Shown: piece by piece, positions 37,754 to 46,527 of the stretch | Layout: the number at the start of each line of letters is the position of its first letter | Numbering within the stretch: position 1 is the first letter of the stretch | Source of the DNA: an uncultured bacterium | GTDB lineage: Bacteria; Fidelibacterota; Marinisomatia; Marinisomatales; UBA1611 | Direction of reading: 5' to 3' | Length of the DNA stretch: 54,172 bases | Assembly: GCA_964343085.1 (NCBI GenBank) | Contig: CAYFIF010000001.1 | Span: forward strand, 1 to 54,172 | The notes under the pieces: generated by a model | Databases searched by the model: none | What the model was told of the DNA's origin: nothing | The model's input: the letters and a program-made list of their open reading frames with translations, nothing else | Program-made: the position numbers and the translations under genes

Positions 37754-40099
37754 ATGTCCAGCCATAAAAAAGTCATCATATTTTTATTATTCTTATTTTT
37801 TTCTTGTGGAAAAGAAGATACACAAAAACTTTATCCTGTCCCAGTCATTGGAGTTTTACAAGGCAGTACGAAATCTTTTGATTTAAGAAAATATTTAGTC
37901 AGAGAAAACAGTTCAGTTTATCTTTTAAATCAAGTACAAGGTGTGTCGATCAATAAATATCAAATAAATATTACATCGGCAAGATTGAAACCAGGTCTGT
38001 ATCCCATAAATCTACTTGTAGATGGAGAAAAGTTTGAGGTCTATATGAGAATTGAAAAAATGATTAATCATAGGTTTCAATATGAAGGTAAAGAGGGTGA
38101 TGAAGTCTATGTTATGGGAGTATTTAATGACTGGTCAAGAAACGGATTAAGGATGGAGAATCAGCGGAATAATATATATGAAAAAAACGTATTCATGGAG
38201 CCTAAGAAGCATGAATACAAATTTGTGGTTAATGGTGAGGAACTAATAGACCCAGAGAACAGTCTTTTTATATCAAATAATATAGGCGGATGGAACTCTA
38301 TTTTAGATCTATCTGATAGCGCATCATCAGAGTCTGGCCTTTTGATAAAAGACAATTACAGTGGCAACTGGTTAACCTATAAATATCTATCGCCTCCTGA
38401 TGGATCAAGAGTTTTGGATTGGATAGTTTTATTGGATAATACGAGACTTCATCCTGATAAGACCGATCCACTTGAGGGTGGCGGACTAAAAGTAAATATT
38501 AGATCCATAGAAAATGGTTTACTACGGATCTTAGGAGTAGACTCGAGGGGACGGCCAATTTTAGAAAATCAGACAATTCTCATTAATGGTAGCCCTTTAA
38601 ACTCAAGCGATAAGTCTTGGCATTTTGAAATTATTTATAATACAATGATTGACAGGTTCTTTGATGGAGACATGAGCAACAATAAACCAATAAAAGATTC
38701 GAAGCTACATCCTCTAGCCAATTTTAATGGAGGAGATATAGTCGGAATCAAAAAAAAGGCAGAAGGAAAATATTTTGAGGATCTAAATGTTTCAGCCCTC
38801 TGGTTATCTCCTATACAGGAACAAACCGATACCAGTTGGGTAGAGTGGGTTAGCCCTAACCATTCATTTACTGGTTATCATGGATATTGGCCTGTTAAAC
38901 CTAGATCGATTGAAAAGCGCTTTGGAAGTTCAGATGACCTTAAAGAATTAATTGATTTTTTACATGAAACTGAAATTAAGGTCTTGCTAGATTTTGTAAG
39001 CAACCATGTACATCAGGACCATGCTTATGTAAAAAGTAACCCCGAATGGTTTGGAAATATTCAACTCCCTGATGGACGAAAAAATATACGCCTTTGGGAT
39101 GGGGGCACTAGGTTGACAACTTGGTTTGATGAGTTTTTGCCTTCCTATGATTATTCAAACTCGCCCGAGGCAATTACGCAAGTAGTAAATGACGCAATAT
39201 GGTGGGTAGAAACATATAACATTGACGGATTTCGACAAGATGCCGTTAAACATGTTCCCCATAAATTTTGGATTAGTTTAACAAAAAGTCTGAAGGTAAA
39301 ATTTCCAGATCGGAGTCTGTATCAGATTGGGGAAACATTTGGTTCAAATGACCTTATAGGGAGCTATGTAAATCCATCAGAGCTTGATGCCCAGTTTAAT
39401 TTTGATATTTATTTCAATGCTCGTCAAAAATTTGCAAGCGACAAATCAAATTTTGATGATATTAAATCTATTCTGCTTAGAAATAGGAAAAAATTTGGGC
39501 CTATCAATTTGATGGGTAATATTACAAGTAGTCACGATCAGTTAAGATTTTCAGCTTATGCTGATGGGCAGATTAAATTTAGTGATAACGGAACAGAGCG
39601 CACTTTCAATGATCCAGTTAAACAGATAAATAAAAAAACCACATACAATAAGCTTGCAAATTTTCATGCTTTCAATCTATCCTTGCCAGGGGTACCGATT
39701 ATTTATTACGGAGAAGAGATTGGACTTATGGGCGAAGGCGACCCTGGAAATAGGAGGATGATGCGCTTTGAACTGACTAAAGATGAGATGAAATTAAAAC
39801 AAACATTTTCAAAACTTAATTTCCTTCGCAGAAGTTATCCTTCACTGTCTATAGGTGATCTGTTGGTTTTACACTCTGATGGTCCATTTTTAGTTATATG
39901 CAAAGTATATTTTAATGAAATCATTATTCTGGCGATAAATAATAGTGCTTCGTCCATGTCAATGCCTATTGAAATACCGGTGGAAATAAAAAAACTAAAC
40001 TCTTTGGTGAAAAATCTCAATCATGATTTTGGCTCAAGCCCAATTTTTAAAATTGAGCTTGAGCCTTATAGCCATGATTTTTTTTATGCAGAATTTTAA
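37754..40099 (+). CDS. GH13 alpha-amylase-family lipoprotein with a CBM48/AMPK-like N-terminal module
   Basis: It has a lipobox (LFFSCGK). The CBM48-like region reads VYVMGVFNDWS..HEYKFVVNGE. Other motifs are IIYNTMIDRFFDGD and GYHGYWP. GH13 regions are I VLLDFVSNHV, II IDGFRQDAVKHV, III QIGETF and IV SSHDQLR. Confidence 0.85.
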   Translation: MSSHKKVIIFLLFLFFSCGKEDTQKLYPVPVIGVLQGSTKSFDLRKYLVRENSSVYLLNQVQGVSINKYQINITSARLKPGLYPINLLVDGEKFEVYMRIEKMINHRFQYEGKEGDEVYVMGVFNDWSRNGLRMENQRNNIYEKNVFMEPKKHEYKFVVNGEELIDPENSLFISNNIGGWNSILDLSDSASSESGLLIKDNYSGNWLTYKYLSPPDGSRVLDWIVLLDNTRLHPDKTDPLEGGGLKVNIRSIENGLLRILGVDSRGRPILENQTILINGSPLNSSDKSWHFEIIYNTMIDRFFDGDMSNNKPIKDSKLHPLANFNGGDIVGIKKKAEGKYFEDLNVSALWLSPIQEQTDTSWVEWVSPNHSFTGYHGYWPVKPRSIEKRFGSSDDLKELIDFLHETEIKVLLDFVSNHVHQDHAYVKSNPEWFGNIQLPDGRKNIRLWDGGTRLTTWFDEFLPSYDYSNSPEAITQVVNDAIWWVETYNIDGFRQDAVKHVPHKFWISLTKSLKVKFPDRSLYQIGETFGSNDLIGSYVNPSELDAQFNFDIYFNARQKFASDKSNFDDIKSILLRNRKKFGPINLMGNITSSHDQLRFSAYADGQIKFSDNGTERTFNDPVKQINKKTTYNKLANFHAFNLSLPGVPIIYYGEEIGLMGEGDPGNRRMMRFELTKDEMKLKQTFSKLNFLRRSYPSLSIGDLLVLHSDGPFLVICKVYFNEIIILAINNSASSMSMPIEIPVEIKKLNSLVKNLNHDFGSSPIFKIELEPYSHDFFYAEF

Positions 40100-42422
40100 A
40101 AAAATAATTTTATTTTTTTTTATATCTTATTTTGTCTATGGTGATGATAGCTGGAAAGTTTATGATGACTCTGAAATAGCTATTATCAACATATACATTG
40201 ATCAAGATAAAATAGATTGGATGTATGATAATGTATATAGTGATTCGCTGCATGTAGCTAGTATTTCTTTTCAAAATGCTCACATAAATGAGAGTACAGA
40301 CTCAATTGGCTTTAGGCTGAGGGGAAACACATCTAGGAATGCCGAAAAAAAATCGTTCAAAATAGATTTCAATCATTTTATATCAGGTCGCGATTTCTTT
40401 GGTGTCGAAAAATTAAATCTTAATGGAGAGCATAATGATCCATCCATCGTAAGATCAAAGTTATGCTGGGATCTATTCCAAGACATAGGGATGGTATCTT
40501 CGAGGGCCGCTCATGCTGAACTATATATCAATGGAGATTACTATGGGCTTTATGTTTCAGTTGAACATATTGATGATAGTTTTATAGAAAAAAACTATGT
40601 GGATGGCAGCGGAAACCTTTGGAAATGTATTTGGCCAGCAGACCTTACATATCGTGGAAATGATGCAGAAGATTATGAGCCATATTGGGGAGATGAAAGA
40701 CCCTACGAACTAAAGACTAATAAAGAAATTTATGATTATTCCAAACTAGCAAGACTGATTAGAATAATAAATCAAGAGCCTGATTCATTAGAGTTTGTTT
40801 TAAATGTTAAAGAGGCGCTACAGTATCTTGCGATGAATATTTTGACTGGTAGCTGGGATGATTACCGCTCTAATATTAATAATTTTTATCTTTATCATGA
40901 ACCTGAAAAAGATATTTTTCATTGGATACCGTTTGACTATGATAATACATTTGGTGTTGACTGGTTTGGGATTGATTGGTCTACCATTGACCCTTACGAA
41001 TATGAATTAATTAATGATGGCCCAAGGCCACTAACAGAATATTTATTTTCAGAAATAAGATACAGAAATTTATTCACACATTTTCTTGATTTTTATAATA
41101 CGAAATTATTTTCAGATACAATCGTAACATATCAGCCAGTGTCTGCAATCGAGTATAGATTAGAGACTCTAAAAGAGAGCAATTATATTTCTGCATTTAA
41201 TGACGTCTACAGGACATATGATTATGGTTTTAATATTCAAGATTACCAAAATAGTTTTGGATTTTCATTTGAAAACCAGCATGTAAAACAGGGTATTATG
41301 GAGTTTATTAGTTCAAGGAGTGTATCATTAAATAGTCAGCTATATTATAGTGGCTCAGAGCCGATTATTTATCAGGGAGAAATTGGGAAAAATATTGCCT
41401 TGTTAGATGATCCGTTTATTGTTAGCGTATCTGCTTTTGGTCCACAAGGGATAGATGAAATTAAATTCCATTTTAAGTTTGAAGAAGAAACAGACTGGGA
41501 GACAATTAACCTTAATTCTTCTTCTGTCCCCCTTACTTATAAGGTAGAAGAAAACGATCACTGGGAAGCCGAAGTTATTCCAACAGATATTGGTAATTAT
41601 ATTGGTTATTTTACTGCTAACTATAATGGAGACATTGATCGTTATCCTGTGTCAGGTTATAAAACCTTTGAGGTTGTTGAACCAGCCGGACAGATAAATG
41701 TAAAGATTAATGAAATCCTTGCTAAAAACGATCAGACAATTACTGATGAATACGGTGAATATGATGACTGGTTAGAGCTCGCTCCTGCAGATGGCTTTGA
41801 AGCTGATTTAAGTGGCCACTATCTAACGGATAAGCTAGATAATTTAACAAAATGGCAATTTCCCCAAAGCACACAAATTTTAAATTCTGGAGAATTTATG
41901 CTAGTTTGGTGTGATGAGGATGAATCACAGGGTTCTCTCCATACAAATTTTAAATTAAGTGCAGGTGGTGAATTTTTAGCATTAGTTGCTCCTGATGGCA
42001 ACACGATCATAGACTCTATTACATTTCCTGAGCAAAGTAGTGATATCTCATTTGGAAGATCAGGGACGCAGGGGAGTTGGGATTATATGACACCCACTCC
42101 ATATGAACAAAATCAAATATTAAATCTAGATCCAACAAAAAACGAAATCAGTTCATTCAAATTGAACTCCATATACCCAAACCCTTTCAACTCAGTTATT
42201 AACCTGGATATTACTGTTCAAAGTGCAAATCACAGTTTCGAGATCTATTTGGTATCATTATTAGGGAAAATTATTTCTAAGAAAAAGACTTTTTATTTAA
42301 AAACTGGGCTAAATACAATAAACTGGGATATAAGAGATCAAAAAATCAGTTCAGGTGTGTATTTTGTAAAGATAGATAGTGATAATCAAAAAATAAAAAG
42401 GAAAATTATATACCTGAAATAG
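40086..42422 (+). CDS. CotH kinase-fold family secreted protein with an LTD domain and a T9SS C-terminal domain
   Basis: Likely start is ATG 40086 (MQNFKKIILFFFISYFVYG), which overlaps the amylase stop by 14 nt. CotH motifs are IGFRLRGNTSRNAEKKSFKIDFN, KLNLNGEHNDPS and LYINGDYYGLYVSVEHID. The LTD reads VKINEILAKND..DDWLELAP..LSGHYLTDK. The C-terminus is YPNPFNSVINLDI..GVYFVKI. Confidence 0.8.
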   Translation: MQNFKKIILFFFISYFVYGDDSWKVYDDSEIAIINIYIDQDKIDWMYDNVYSDSLHVASISFQNAHINESTDSIGFRLRGNTSRNAEKKSFKIDFNHFISGRDFFGVEKLNLNGEHNDPSIVRSKLCWDLFQDIGMVSSRAAHAELYINGDYYGLYVSVEHIDDSFIEKNYVDGSGNLWKCIWPADLTYRGNDAEDYEPYWGDERPYELKTNKEIYDYSKLARLIRIINQEPDSLEFVLNVKEALQYLAMNILTGSWDDYRSNINNFYLYHEPEKDIFHWIPFDYDNTFGVDWFGIDWSTIDPYEYELINDGPRPLTEYLFSEIRYRNLFTHFLDFYNTKLFSDTIVTYQPVSAIEYRLETLKESNYISAFNDVYRTYDYGFNIQDYQNSFGFSFENQHVKQGIMEFISSRSVSLNSQLYYSGSEPIIYQGEIGKNIALLDDPFIVSVSAFGPQGIDEIKFHFKFEEETDWETINLNSSSVPLTYKVEENDHWEAEVIPTDIGNYIGYFTANYNGDIDRYPVSGYKTFEVVEPAGQINVKINEILAKNDQTITDEYGEYDDWLELAPADGFEADLSGHYLTDKLDNLTKWQFPQSTQILNSGEFMLVWCDEDESQGSLHTNFKLSAGGEFLALVAPDGNTIIDSITFPEQSSDISFGRSGTQGSWDYMTPTPYEQNQILNLDPTKNEISSFKLNSIYPNPFNSVINLDITVQSANHSFEIYLVSLLGKIISKKKTFYLKTGLNTINWDIRDQKISSGVYFVKIDSDNQKIKRKIIYLK

Positions 42423-42427
42423 AGCCT

Positions 42428-42823
42428 TCAATCATCTAAAATTTTTATATAATCCAGCTGAACCTTTTTTTGAACTTCATCATAGCCTAGACATCTGCCT
42501 CTTAAAGATATTTTATCATTTTTGTTTAGTGTTTTGTTTAATGATTTTTTTTCTATCCAGCATATCACTGAATTATTTAGTGAGATTGAGGTGTCAGATA
42601 AATCTGTTACCATTCCGCTGACAGATACAATTTCACCAATAATACTATTCCCTTCATTAACCTGAAATCGCCAAAATAAATCTTTTGAAGTTAACGTTAG
42701 CAAAGGCTCAGCTGTATATTTTGCTTCTTCCTTTTGGTGCATAAAAAATCCATATGCTCCCATAAGTATTACAAGGATGAATAATCGTTTGCCAACCTTT
42801 TTATGTTGAAAAAAGGACTTCAA
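42428..42823 (-). CDS. Membrane-anchored OB-fold (tRNA_anti-like) protein of unknown function
   Basis: 131 aa with an N-terminal TM segment (RLFILVILMGAYGFFM). The pattern IGEIVSVSGMVTDL..ISLRGRCLGYDE resembles the OB-fold tRNA_anti-like family. It is the last gene of the four-gene operon. Confidence 0.4.
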   Translation of the reverse strand: MKSFFQHKKVGKRLFILVILMGAYGFFMHQKEEAKYTAEPLLTLTSKDLFWRFQVNEGNSIIGEIVSVSGMVTDLSDTSISLNNSVICWIEKKSLNKTLNKNDKISLRGRCLGYDEVQKKVQLDYIKILDD

Positions 42824-42841
42824 TCAACAAAAAAATTAGAA

Positions 42842-43306
42842 CTAACCACCAAAAACCTTTAATATGTTTCCATCTAGCTCTGTGTCATACTCTTTGAGGT
42901 TACCAGTTGCAGGAGGATTGACTGCTTCTCCCATGAGATTAAACTGACCACCATGGCCAGATGAACAATCTGATTTTCCATTTTCAAAGGATAAAAGTTC
43001 GTAACCTGCGTGCGTACAATTTCGCGTATACGCAATTATATTTGATTCAGATTCGCGATACAACAATAAACCTTTGTTATCAATAGTGTTTCCATTAGTA
43101 ACAGCAGAACCACCCACTGTCTTTAGCACTGTATAAGGGTCTTCATTTAAATTAAAATTTTCACTCTCACCGGTTGTATCGATGTTAGAAACGGGGTTTG
43201 ATTCTCCGCAATTGGTTAGTAGTACTGAAGTTCCTATCATCGAACAAGCACAGGCTGTCTTTCCAGATAGTTTAATAAATTCCCTTCGATTAATTTTATT
43301 TTTCAT
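42842..43306 (-). CDS. TAT-exported Rieske-like [2Fe-2S] domain lipoprotein with non-canonical ligand spacing
   Basis: It has a twin-arginine motif (NRREFIKLSG) and a lipobox-like LLTNCG. The cluster motif is C97-T-H99 .. C114-S-S-G-H118 (nt 42953-43018). An ATGA overlap joins it to the upstream YceI-like gene. Confidence 0.6.
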   Translation of the reverse strand: MKNKINRREFIKLSGKTACACSMIGTSVLLTNCGESNPVSNIDTTGESENFNLNEDPYTVLKTVGGSAVTNGNTIDNKGLLLYRESESNIIAYTRNCTHAGYELLSFENGKSDCSSGHGGQFNLMGEAVNPPATGNLKEYDTELDGNILKVFGG

Positions 43307-43824
43307 TTTTTATTTTTCACATTCATTTTATACTCTATTTTTATTTGATCATCTATTTTTAAAAACATAAGAGAAGGCCTTTTGATATCAAAATCCGATA
43401 GGTTAATAATAAAATCGCCTTCTACTATAATTTCATCATTTATTTCTACTTTTGCATTTGAAATAATTTCTTTTTCTTTGCCTGCAAATTTCATCATACC
43501 GGTTATTTTTGCAAAGCCCGATTCGATATTGATGTTTGTTGATTTAAAAAGAATTTTTGGGTGTTCCAGTGCATTTGCATAGATTAACATGTTTGAGTCC
43601 CTGTTCCCGTTTTTGCTTTTAAAAGATTCAACAGGAACCTCAATCAGGCATCTATAGTTCTTACTGATGGCCTCATATATAATTTCGCCATTTATTGATG
43701 TACTCATTCCCTTCCAATCGTGAAGAGGGTGACTGCCATAATAGGAAACGTTTCCTTCAAAATGATTATACTTTTGGGAAAAAGAAATGCATATAAAAAA
43801 GAATAGGCTTATAATTTTTTTCAT
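43303..43824 (-). CDS. YceI-like periplasmic (polyisoprenoid-binding family) protein
   Basis: It has a signal peptide. YceI-style motifs are VESFKSKNGNRDSNMLIYANALEHPKILFKS, ITGMMKFAGKEKEI and INLSDFDIKRP. Confidence 0.6.
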   Translation of the reverse strand: MKKIISLFFFICISFSQKYNHFEGNVSYYGSHPLHDWKGMSTSINGEIIYEAISKNYRCLIEVPVESFKSKNGNRDSNMLIYANALEHPKILFKSTNINIESGFAKITGMMKFAGKEKEIISNAKVEINDEIIVEGDFIINLSDFDIKRPSLMFLKIDDQIKIEYKMNVKNKK

Positions 43825-43825
43825 A

Positions 43826-44416
43826 TTAGTAAGGAAGAAAAGTTAATATAGCTGAGAGTGACATTGAAAAAAGAGTTGCCAGTGCAACACGCTGATGTAA
43901 TTCAACGGCCTGCTGGTAGTTAGTTGATTGAGCAATATTTTTCCCGAGAATTGGTATCATTGCCATACCTGAAAAATGTAAATAGCTTAGCCAACGATGC
44001 AGTTTCATTGAATCAAACTTTTTTGAGTATCTTAGACCAGGTGGCGCAAAATAACTTAATGATGCTGATCCCATGTACATAGACCAAACTGGGACACTTA
44101 ACTTTTTGTGGATATCAAAATTTTCATAATTCCCATTAACCAATTGGTTGCCTATAAAACTTTGGTATGCAAATGATGCCCAGGTGATCAAAGCTAGTTT
44201 CTGATGTAACTGTAGCATAGTAGTCCTCAGCTTTAATTCGTCTATACGATTTTTTGGAGCAAGACCCGTAAGCCTAACAAAACCTTTTTCGCCCCATAAA
44301 ATTTTTGTATGAAGCGGCATGTTTTCAGGGAGCGGGTATGAGGATTCAGCTGCTATTAAGATATTGAAAAATAATAAAAATGATAATATTAATTTTTTTT
44401 TATCTTTCATATTCAA
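43826..44416 (-). CDS. Four-helix membrane protein with one His at the start of each helix (possible heme-binding, cytochrome b-like); unknown family
   Basis: 196 aa with a signal peptide and four hydrophobic segments. Each is preceded by His: LQLHQKLALITW, DIHKKLSVPVW, KLHRWLSYLHF and ELHQRVALATL. Its stop lies 1 nt before the YceI-like start. Confidence 0.35.
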   Translation of the reverse strand: MNMKDKKKLILSFLLFFNILIAAESSYPLPENMPLHTKILWGEKGFVRLTGLAPKNRIDELKLRTTMLQLHQKLALITWASFAYQSFIGNQLVNGNYENFDIHKKLSVPVWSMYMGSASLSYFAPPGLRYSKKFDSMKLHRWLSYLHFSGMAMIPILGKNIAQSTNYQQAVELHQRVALATLFSMSLSAILTFLPY

Positions 44417-44473
44417 AGTTATACCATTATTTCTTTTGATTGAAATGGATAATTAATCAATATAAAATTGGGT

Positions 44474-45640
44474 ATGAACAATCTATTACTTTATAGTTCA
44501 TTTTTATTTTGTATTTCTTTTGTTTTGAATGGTTGTGCCTCTACTGGTTTATTCAGCCTTCATGATATGCCTATGCCTAATGGTTTGCACACTGTCGGGA
44601 CAAAGCAATTTGATTGGGTCAATACGACACATATAGATGAATTTTCATCAGACTCAACAAAATATCGACGAATAATGGTACAGTTTTGGTATCCTGGGGT
44701 GGAAAATATATCAGATGAAAATTTTTTGTATTGTGATAACCAAATAATTATTGATGAACTAAGTAAGGAATATAATATTCCAGTTAAATTTTTGAATGAG
44801 GCTCGAAATGTTAAAACAAATTCTTATAGTAATATTATACCTCTGAAACAAAAAGGGCTGTATCCTTTAATAATTTTTTCCCATGGTAAGGGTGGTTATA
44901 AGAGTCAAAACACTATTCAATTTGAAGAACTTGCAAGTCAAGGCTATGTTGTAGTATCTGTAGATCATTCTTATGACGCCGTGATAACTGTTTTTAGTGA
45001 TGGGACTATTGCGCCTTATGTATCAGATGACCCTAAAAAAGTGGGAGACCCTGAATTAGCAGATAGCATAACTCAAAAAAAATTATCTGCAAGAGTAGCT
45101 GATATAAAATTTGTTCTAGATAAAATTTGGTTAGATATTAATTCGACTCCCCTATTCAGCATAATTGATACTTCTAAGATTGGTATGTTTGGACATTCTT
45201 TTGGTGTGGCTACAACGATTTTGTCCTTGCAATCAGATAATAGAATAGATGTTTCAGCTGGTCTTGATGGATGGTTTATTCCACTTTCAAATGAGCAATT
45301 AATAAAAGGATTAAATAAACCTTTTTTACATATAGGAAGAAAAAGCTGGGGTTTTTCTTCTAATAATTATGAAAAAATGGAAAAATTAATGAATAATTCA
45401 AAGGCTGAAAATGCGCACTACCCTGTAAAGAGACTCAAACATTTTGACTTTATGGACGGATCTTATTCAGCGTCATTAGCTATAAAATTAGTTCTTCCTC
45501 ATATGAGCACGTATAATAAAAGTAAGATAAAAGATTTAATGAATAAGATGCTGCTAGCATATTTCAATTCGACTCTTAAGGAAGATAATGCATTGACTGT
45601 GGAGATGGTATCTCGTGAGCTAAGCCTAATAGCAGACTAA
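44474..45640 (+). CDS. Alpha/beta-hydrolase lipoprotein resembling PAF-acetylhydrolase/lipase
   Basis: Likely start is ATG 44474, with a lipobox (VLNGCAS). Motifs are YPLIIFSHGKGGYKS, GYVVVSVDHSYD and the nucleophile elbow GHSFG (MFGHSFGVATT). Confidence 0.6.
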   Translation: MNNLLLYSSFLFCISFVLNGCASTGLFSLHDMPMPNGLHTVGTKQFDWVNTTHIDEFSSDSTKYRRIMVQFWYPGVENISDENFLYCDNQIIIDELSKEYNIPVKFLNEARNVKTNSYSNIIPLKQKGLYPLIIFSHGKGGYKSQNTIQFEELASQGYVVVSVDHSYDAVITVFSDGTIAPYVSDDPKKVGDPELADSITQKKLSARVADIKFVLDKIWLDINSTPLFSIIDTSKIGMFGHSFGVATTILSLQSDNRIDVSAGLDGWFIPLSNEQLIKGLNKPFLHIGRKSWGFSSNNYEKMEKLMNNSKAENAHYPVKRLKHFDFMDGSYSASLAIKLVLPHMSTYNKSKIKDLMNKMLLAYFNSTLKEDNALTVEMVSRELSLIAD

Positions 45641-45680
45641 TTTTATTTTTATGTAGCTATAAAAAAAATAGATTTAAATA

Positions 45681-46466
45681 TTAAATAATTTCAGGCACAT
45701 AATTAAAATTAGATCTTGGAGGACGCTCGTAATCTTTTTGCTGAGTTCTTTTTGGAAGTTTCACTTCTTCATGATCAATTTCTTGGTACTTTATTTGATT
45801 TAAAAAGTGAGAGATACAATTAATTCTAGCTTTTTTCTTGTTGTCAGATTCAACCACATACCAAGGAGAAGCCTGTGTGTCAGTATGCTCAAACATATTA
45901 TCTTTTGCTTTTGAATATTGATCCCATCGGTTAACTGATTCTAAATCCATTGGACTCAGTTTCCAGCCTTTGGTAGGATCATCTGCTCGACTTTTAAATC
46001 TTTTCATTTGTTCTTCAGCGCTAACTGAAAACCAATACTTAATTAGTTGAATACCAGAGCTTATAATCATTCTTTCAAATTCAGGACATGTTTGTAAAAA
46101 GTTAATATATTCTTTATCCGTACAGAAGCCCATAACTTTTTCAACTCCCGCTCGATTATACCAACTGCGATCAAAAATAATTATCTCTCCTGCCGCGGGG
46201 AGATGAGGAACATATCTTTGAAAATACCACTGGGTTTTTTCTTTTTCTGTTGGTGCGGCTAGCGCAATAACTTTACAGTATCTAGGGTTTAGATTCTCAA
46301 TCAATCTTTTGATTGTTCCACCTTTACCCGCTGCATCACGGCCCTCAAAAATAACAGCGATTTTTTTATTTTTATCTATTACCCAATCTTGGAGTTTGAC
46401 CAATTCAATTTGGAGCCTTTCTAATTTATTTTCATATTTTTTATTGAACTCTTTTTTATTGTTCAT
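45681..46466 (-). CDS. ppk2: Polyphosphate kinase 2 family protein
   Basis: 261 aa. PPK2 motifs are VIFEGRDAAGKGGTIKRL (Walker A-like), IIIFDRSWYNRAGVEKVMGF and PWYVVESDNKKKARI. Confidence 0.9.
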   Translation of the reverse strand: MNNKKEFNKKYENKLERLQIELVKLQDWVIDKNKKIAVIFEGRDAAGKGGTIKRLIENLNPRYCKVIALAAPTEKEKTQWYFQRYVPHLPAAGEIIIFDRSWYNRAGVEKVMGFCTDKEYINFLQTCPEFERMIISSGIQLIKYWFSVSAEEQMKRFKSRADDPTKGWKLSPMDLESVNRWDQYSKAKDNMFEHTDTQASPWYVVESDNKKKARINCISHFLNQIKYQEIDHEEVKLPKRTQQKDYERPPRSNFNYVPEII

Positions 46467-46527
46467 AGGATATCACCTCTTAATAAATTTTAGCAAAATA
46501 CATACCTGCAGGCATTGATTTTCTGGT

